Assembly: GCA_965198945.1 (NCBI GenBank)
Contig: CBDAQI010000001.1
Span: forward strand, 329,344 to 393,343
From: Thermodesulfobacteriota bacterium
Lineage (GTDB): Bacteria; Desulfobacterota_D; UBA1144; Nemesobacterales; Mycalebacteriaceae
Length of the DNA stretch: 64,000 nucleotides
Direction: 5' to 3'
Positions 59,186 through 64,000 of this stretch are shown in pieces. The position numbers were made by a program, and so were the translations under genes. How positions within the stretch are numbered: position 1 is the first letter of the stretch; every line of letters starts with the position of its first letter. The notes beneath the pieces were generated by a model. The model ran no database searches. It had not been told where the DNA came from and was given only the letters and a program-made list of their open reading frames with translations.

Positions 59186-59893
59186 TTAAAATAGCGATAA
59201 ATCAGATTCCAGTGTCTGCAGAGAGTGCATTCTTGAGACGTTTTCATAGTCAAAGAAATTTACCCTGTTTCGGATTTTATAAAAACTTCCCAATTTTATT
59301 TTTTCTTCAAATTCTCTTTTTCGTGATTTGTCCGCAACTATGCAGAATTTTACATTGAAGTCTAAAAGTTCATTGAATTTTATAAGAGATCTTTCCATTG
59401 AGGTTGAGTGTTCAATTTCAAAGAAGTGTTCAGGCATTTCTCTTGAGTTGAACCATGATACATCTATTGTCTGGGCGTGTTTAATAAATTTGTCATAACC
59501 AAATCTGGGCATAGAAGATAAAGTTCTCAAGTTTCCTAATTTTGTATTTAAAAACTTTTTGTTTTTATCTTGGTTTGGCGCAAAGGTTTGGTGTTTTTTA
59601 AGATTCCCGATTTGCAAAAGCAACCCTTGATAGTAGTAATGGTCGGACTGTTTTTTATCTTTTTCTTTAGAGGGGAGTATGTGCTTTGGAAGTCTGTTCT
59701 GATGAGATTTCAACGCCCAGAGTCCCGCTTTTATTTTGAAAAATTCTTTTCCGGTTTGCACTATTCTTCTTATTGAAGCATGTGGAGTTTTTGTTTTCCA
59801 GTCGGAGGAATTTACCTCTCTATACAATTGACCGAGAGTGGCAAAACCGCCGAGTTCTTCAATAGTTTTAACAACTTGTTCCGCTTGGTTCAT
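59186..59893 (-). CDS. Winged-HTH + PD-(D/E)xK nuclease-like protein
   Basis: N-terminal GGFATLGQLY...WKTKTPHASIRRIVQ...GLWAL; C-terminal TIDVSWF...FFEIEHST; AAGGA RBS; AT-rich. Confidence 0.7.
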   Translation of the reverse strand: MNQAEQVVKTIEELGGFATLGQLYREVNSSDWKTKTPHASIRRIVQTGKEFFKIKAGLWALKSHQNRLPKHILPSKEKDKKQSDHYYYQGLLLQIGNLKKHQTFAPNQDKNKKFLNTKLGNLRTLSSMPRFGYDKFIKHAQTIDVSWFNSREMPEHFFEIEHSTSMERSLIKFNELLDFNVKFCIVADKSRKREFEEKIKLGSFYKIRNRVNFFDYENVSRMHSLQTLESDLSLF

Positions 59894-60024
59894 TATCCTT
59901 TGTTCAATCCATCAAAATTAAAACCAAATAACAACAATTCAAGAGTTTTTTCCCATTATAAAACAACCTGCAGGCTTCCGACCCTTTAGTTACAAACTCT
60001 AATTTTTCAAAATCCAACCAATTC

Positions 60025-60155
60025 TCACACAAACTTCATTAGTTTGTCAATTTTCCATTTTCTAATCACAATATCCACAATAAGGGCGGTCATTATCAGG
60101 AGTATATAGAAGATTGATGCGCCGAAAGAGTTTTCATATCCCTTGCGTCTTATAG
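60025..60155 (-). pseudogene. Diverged duplicate of the ctaB 3' end
   Basis: Colinear with 61196-61326; encodes ...GASIFYILLIMTALIVDIVIRKWKIDKLMKFV* versus ...GASIVYMLLIMTALIVDIAMRQREIDELMRFV*. Confidence 0.9.
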
Positions 60156-60232
60156 ATAGCCGGGTGTGGTTCCCTCGGCGCCAAAAACTTATATCCGAGA
60201 TGGAAACCCCTTCAAAAAACCTTCACCGCCCT

Positions 60233-60706
60233 CTAAAACGTTTCCAGCCTTCCATCAAACTCAAACGACAGCCGTTTTGCTTCTTTCACCAAACTGCTGA
60301 ACTTTTTGTGTTCCGGGTTCAGTATGTAAATCCGGTCTCTCGGAGCAACGGCGCTTGGCACTGCAAGAGCAAGGGTTTTCCCTTCTTCAAGCCATTTGTC
60401 TCCCAGATGCTGCGTTTCCTGCGGAGAGGGAATTTCACGCCAGTTCTTTGGCAGTTTTTCCGGTTTCAAATAATGCACATCTCTTTCCGGCAGACATAAC
60501 TCAAAAAGACAGAACGGCTCTCTCATTGCCTCCTTCTCCGTGTTGACCGCCACTTCAAGAATTGCAAGCGATTCCGAATCAGCAGTATAGACACATGCCT
60601 TTCCCCTGCCGTTCCATCTTCCTCCGTGTCGTTTGGCTCCCTCGCCCTTGAATGCGCGGAGAGCGTATTTTTCTTTTACAAGACGGTAGGCGCTGACAGT
60701 TTTCAA
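60233..60706 (-). CDS. RES-domain toxin (NAD+ phosphorylase-like)
   Basis: YRL, GEGA...GGRWN..G...VY.A.SESLAILE, LAVPSAV, LNPEH; TTGA overlap with antitoxin. Confidence 0.9.
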   Translation of the reverse strand: MKTVSAYRLVKEKYALRAFKGEGAKRHGGRWNGRGKACVYTADSESLAILEVAVNTEKEAMREPFCLFELCLPERDVHYLKPEKLPKNWREIPSPQETQHLGDKWLEEGKTLALAVPSAVAPRDRIYILNPEHKKFSSLVKEAKRLSFEFDGRLETF

Positions 60707-61125
60707 ACAATGACGCCCCACTCAAGGCGTTCAATGAGCTTTATAACCGAGTCGGTTTCCGCGGATGTTCCCAGCATATCAACGGGCTTCCGGTAACCGA
60801 GACCCCGAACCGGGCCCGTCAGCCACCGGATTGCAATCTCTCTGTCTCCGCCGTAAAAATCCGTTGCGGCATCCAAAACTTTGAGAAACCTGTATAAGCG
60901 GTCACTTTCGTCCTTGCTGAACTTTCCTGTTTTGGCACGCCGCCGGAGGGTTGCCGGGGATATTGAGGCTATTCTTGAAATTTCCTTTTTAGTAAGTCCC
61001 GATAAGGTGGAAAGTCTGTTATACACCTGATAGGAAAAACCCCGGTTCAGTGACTCGTAAAGTTTTGCTCCCTCACGGGGAACTCCGGCGACATACCATA
61101 TATCCTTGTGATTTTTCTCTTTCAT
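60703..61125 (-). CDS. Xre/MbcA/ParS antitoxin
   Basis: HTH ISPATLRRR...FSKDESDRLYR; WLTGPVRGLGYRKPVDML...LEWGV. Confidence 0.9.
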   Translation of the reverse strand: MKEKNHKDIWYVAGVPREGAKLYESLNRGFSYQVYNRLSTLSGLTKKEISRIASISPATLRRRAKTGKFSKDESDRLYRFLKVLDAATDFYGGDREIAIRWLTGPVRGLGYRKPVDMLGTSAETDSVIKLIERLEWGVIV

Positions 61126-61140
61126 GGGCTCTTGACTCTC

Positions 61141-61187
61141 TATCAGTTGATATGTTATTAATGTATCAACTGATATATTAAGGTCAA
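61141..61187 (-). promoter_or_regulatory. TA promoter with palindromic operator
   Basis: TATCAGTTGATA-N11-TATCAACTGATA perfect 12-bp inverted repeat (61141-75) overlapping TTGACC-N16-TACATT. Confidence 0.75.
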
Positions 61188-61195
61188 CCCCGCCC

Positions 61196-62104
61196 TCACA
61201 CAAACCTCATCAATTCGTCAATTTCCCGCTGTCTCATTGCAATATCCACAATAAGAGCGGTCATTATAAGGAGCATATAGACGATTGATGCGCCGAAAGC
61301 GCTTTCATATCCCTTTCGTGTTATGGCGCATTTTATTACGGAGATGTTGAAATAAATTCCCAGAGCAAATGCGGCGGCGGCAAAATAAGCGGATGTTATT
61401 CCTTCAAGAGACATTATCAAAGTCAGTGGAACGAGCGAGATTGAATACAGAACAATCAGAATGTTTGTGTATTTTTCACCGAATGCGACGGGAAGGACTT
61501 CTATTCCACCTTTTTCATAATCATCTCTGTATTTCTGAGCAAGCGCCCAGAAGTGGGGCGGCTGCCAAAGCATCATGAATGTGAAAAGAAGAATACCGTC
61601 CATTCCTATTGCGGGGGTAACTGCCGTGTATCCGATTAATACGGGTAGAGCTCCCGGAATCCCGCCCAGAATCGTGCCGAACGGAGAGCTTCTCTTCAGA
61701 AACATCGTGTATAAAACCGTGTAGCTGACCGCGGCAAGCGCAATTAGAAAAGCGTTCAGAATGTTTATCCAGACCGCCGAAGCAAAAACCGCACCCGCCA
61801 TCATTACTGATGAAACAATAACGGCGTTTCTTTCCCCCAGAGACTCAAGCGCTTCCACCCTCCTGCTGAGTCTGTCCATCAGTTTGTCGGACTCTCTGTC
61901 CAGAAAATTGTTGAAAATCGCGGAACCCGCAGCGCTTACCATAAGAGTGAGACACCCGATAAGCGCCGTGCGCAACTCCGGAATGCCTTTCCATGAAAGA
62001 ACCATGCCGGCAAATCCGGTGAATACAACGCTCAGTATAATCCCGGGTTTTGAAAGAATTACCGTTGAAACAACGATTTCACGAACAGGTTTTCCGCCGC
62101 CCAT
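61196..62104 (-). CDS. ctaB: Protoheme IX farnesyltransferase (heme o synthase)
   Basis: LSKPGI, NNFLDRESDKLM.R...R, YTMFLKR, GGIPGALPVLIG, WQPPHFWAL, DY. Confidence 0.95.
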   Translation of the reverse strand: MGGGKPVREIVVSTVILSKPGIILSVVFTGFAGMVLSWKGIPELRTALIGCLTLMVSAAGSAIFNNFLDRESDKLMDRLSRRVEALESLGERNAVIVSSVMMAGAVFASAVWINILNAFLIALAAVSYTVLYTMFLKRSSPFGTILGGIPGALPVLIGYTAVTPAIGMDGILLFTFMMLWQPPHFWALAQKYRDDYEKGGIEVLPVAFGEKYTNILIVLYSISLVPLTLIMSLEGITSAYFAAAAFALGIYFNISVIKCAITRKGYESAFGASIVYMLLIMTALIVDIAMRQREIDELMRFV

Positions 62105-62108
62105 TTTC

Positions 62109-62951
62109 TTAGGATGTCAGTCTCTCTCCGCCGTCAAACCATCTCATAAGACTGAACGAAAGAATATGCAAACCGATTAAAAGGTGAAGAGCCGTCATCA
62201 CAAACTGGAGGCCCGAATGAACCATCCCGACCCCTATTATTATTTGAACAAAAATGGAACCGAGAATTATGTATGCGGCTTTTTTGTTTTCCGGTCCGGA
62301 AAAAACCGCAATTCCCATTGCAAACAGTGTTATCAGATATCCCATAATTCTGTGGGAAAAATGGTAAAGAACCGCCCCTGAAAGATCGGGCGGAATCCAT
62401 GCCCCGAGACATTTGGGAAACTCCGGTCCGCACGCGAGCCCCGCGTGGGAGTGTCTTACAAACGCTCCCAAAGTCGCCTGAATCAGAACAAAAACCGCGA
62501 AGACAAACCAGACCCCGTAAATACCCGATTCCCGCAGACCCGCGGCGGGGTCTTTTTCAAAGCGCCACATGTAGAGCGTCAGGCAGAATATCAAAGCTCC
62601 GTTTGCAAAATGAACCGTTGTAAGATCAGTCGGTATTTTGAGTAGAACAACCGCACCGCCGAGAAGGATCTGGGCAAGAAGCAGAAAAATCACAAGGGCG
62701 GGAATGGTCTTCTTTGCTCCCGAATAAGACTTGATACGTCTTGCGGAAAGCCAGATTATACAAACGGCCGTGAATGCGCCGATGACCCGGTGAAGAAATT
62801 CCGCATATATGTCCCATCTGAAAGGAGGGATAACTTTTCCGTGGCACAGAGGCCAGTCGGGACAAGCGAGCCCAGCTTTCAATCCGGCTACAACATTTCC
62901 CCAGACCAGCAGAACAACGAGGGAAATTACCGAGACCCTTGCGAGCATCAA
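62109..62951 (-). CDS. ctaA: Heme A synthase (COX15/CtaA)
   Basis: AGLACPDWPLCHG, EFLHR, second AGLAC..FPKC, HFSHR. Confidence 0.93.
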   Translation of the reverse strand: MMLARVSVISLVVLLVWGNVVAGLKAGLACPDWPLCHGKVIPPFRWDIYAEFLHRVIGAFTAVCIIWLSARRIKSYSGAKKTIPALVIFLLLAQILLGGAVVLLKIPTDLTTVHFANGALIFCLTLYMWRFEKDPAAGLRESGIYGVWFVFAVFVLIQATLGAFVRHSHAGLACGPEFPKCLGAWIPPDLSGAVLYHFSHRIMGYLITLFAMGIAVFSGPENKKAAYIILGSIFVQIIIGVGMVHSGLQFVMTALHLLIGLHILSFSLMRWFDGGERLTS

Positions 62952-63263
62952 ACCTCCACGGGAATCCGCGTGGAATGTTCAAGAATCGTAAAGCCAATTA
63001 GGAGAACAAGAAGAGCAAGCGGATATATGGCGTATAACCAGGTGAGCCTGTCTTCAAATTTCAAGTGCATGAAATAGAGAGCCACTATCCCGGCTTTGAA
63101 TGAGGCGATTGACATGGCGACAGCTATGTTCAAATAGCCGCCCAGATCCTTTTCCGCGCTCCATAAAGTCAGCCCGGTCAGAAGCCATAAGCGCTATCCA
63201 AACAAAAATATACTGCTTGATTCCGTGTGAATGCTCTTCGTGTTTTGCGTTTTCCTGTGACAT
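62948..63263 (-). CDS. Cytochrome c oxidase subunit IV (frameshifted)
   Basis: GGAGG RBS; MSQENAKHEEHSHGIKQYIFVWIALM ... IASFKAGIVALYFMHLKFE. Confidence 0.85.
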
Positions 63264-63274
63264 TTTTCCTCCGT

Positions 63275-63872
63275 TCAATCCTATTAGATAAAGCAACGGG
63301 AAAAGGTATATCCAGATTAAGTCCACCAGATGCCAGTAGAGCCCCACAACCTCAACCGGTGTGTTGTATTGAGCAGTGAAAGCCCCTCTGCGCGTGAGAA
63401 CAAAAATCCATAACAGAAGCAGTATACCCACGAAAACATGAATCATATGCAGCCCGGTCATCATAAAGTAAAGGGCGAAAAATATGTTCGTGTCCGGGTA
63501 GATATGGTGGCTGAATTTGGCTCCGTATTCAAAGTATTTGTTTACCCCCGAAAGCAAGTGCGCACAGAATTGTTACCGCGAGAAATATGAGGGTCTTTCC
63601 TCTTTCCTCCGGTTTTTGAAGCGCCACCGCAAGCGCCATCGTAAGACTGCTGAACAGAAGAATGGACGTGTTTTACGGCTCCCAGCGTTAAGTTCAGCTC
63701 TGTGCTGCTTTCATGAAAAAGCGCCGGGAATTTTGCCCTGAAAAGCGCGTAAGCAGTGAAAAGCCCTCCGAAAAGAAGAACTTCGGTTCCCAGAAACAAC
63801 CACATTCCAAGTTTGGAAGACTGATATTCGGAACCGGATCAAGTTCATGGCGGTGTGTGCTGTTTCAGACAT
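63275..63872 (-). CDS. ctaE: Cytochrome c oxidase subunit III (several frameshifts)
   Basis: KLGMWLFLGTEVLLFGGLF, FFALYFMMTGLHMIHV, GLYWHLVDLIWIYLFPLLYL. Confidence 0.9.
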
Positions 63873-64000
63873 TATTTTTCTCGCCGTATCCATAAGTCCA
63901 GTCCGTAAAGGTAGGTATCTCGTCAAAGTTCTCATGCGGGGGAGGAGACTCGGTCTGCCATTCCGGAGAAAGAGAAATTGTAAGGATTTCTTTCGGCCTT
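63865..64000 (-). CDS. ctaD: Cytochrome c oxidase subunit I, C-terminal end (gene starts beyond the window)
   Basis: NPY...PEWQTESPPPHENFDEIP...YGYG to TGA 63865-67, directly upstream of subunit III. Confidence 0.85.
   Translation of the reverse strand, partial: RPKEILTISLSPEWQTESPPPHENFDEIPTFTDWTYGYGEKNNV

Noticed and set aside
62948..64000. Apparent loss of cytochrome c oxidase through many frameshifts, and an apparent subunit III-IV fusion
   Set aside because: Conserved peptides are recoverable throughout, ctaA/ctaB are intact and subunit IV has its own RBS. Local low sequence quality is the simpler explanation.
1..64000. Numerous 60-300 aa antisense or alternate-frame ORFs (e.g. 46762-47610, 57306-58226, 55731-56447)
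   Set aside because: They are shadows of well-supported genes and have no recognisable motifs.
1..64000. rRNA, tRNA, CRISPR array, integrase, reverse transcriptase or prophage genes
   Set aside because: None recognised. A covariance-model search would be needed to exclude small RNAs completely.

Overview
Bacterial chromosomal segment with a deltaproteobacteria-like gene set (long S41 protease, zapA-ygfA-rny, pilB/pilC, cta-type oxidase genes). Assignment to Desulfobacterota-like Dadabacteria is only an unverified impression. The backbone is housekeeping: infC-rpmI-rplT, nth-like glycosylase, gcvTHP, surA, mfd, leuB, truA, nadE, gltBD, tyrS, crcB, dapF, fabG-like SDR, ccsA, prfA, zapBA, ygfA, rny, glyQS, pilBC, purKE and ctaDEF-ctaAB. 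Four mostly AT-richer accessory inserts interrupt it. (1) ~0.9-2.9 kb: TM protein, ImmA/IrrE peptidase and a DUF2085 pair, bounded by a dif-like site. (2) ~13.4-16.2 kb: possible IS/MITE relic and a decayed Ig-repeat autotransporter. (3) ~29.1-40.2 kb: a defence island built on a type I R-M operon. It carries a GIY-YIG nuclease with REP-like palindromes (one related unit sits in frame in hsdS), a translationally coupled DUF6978 + DUF1828/1829 pair, a DUF4143 AAA ATPase, an orphan toxin-like nuclease and a Fic-HTH gene with a tandem operator; hsdR has three in-frame stops. (4) ~59.1-61.2 kb: an HTH-REase protein and an Xre-RES toxin-antitoxin module flanked by a duplicated ctaB 3' end. Many genes, including core ones, carry single-base homopolymer frameshifts that look like long-read errors. 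No rRNA, tRNA, CRISPR array or integrase was recognised. All family assignments come from motif recognition by eye, not database searches.
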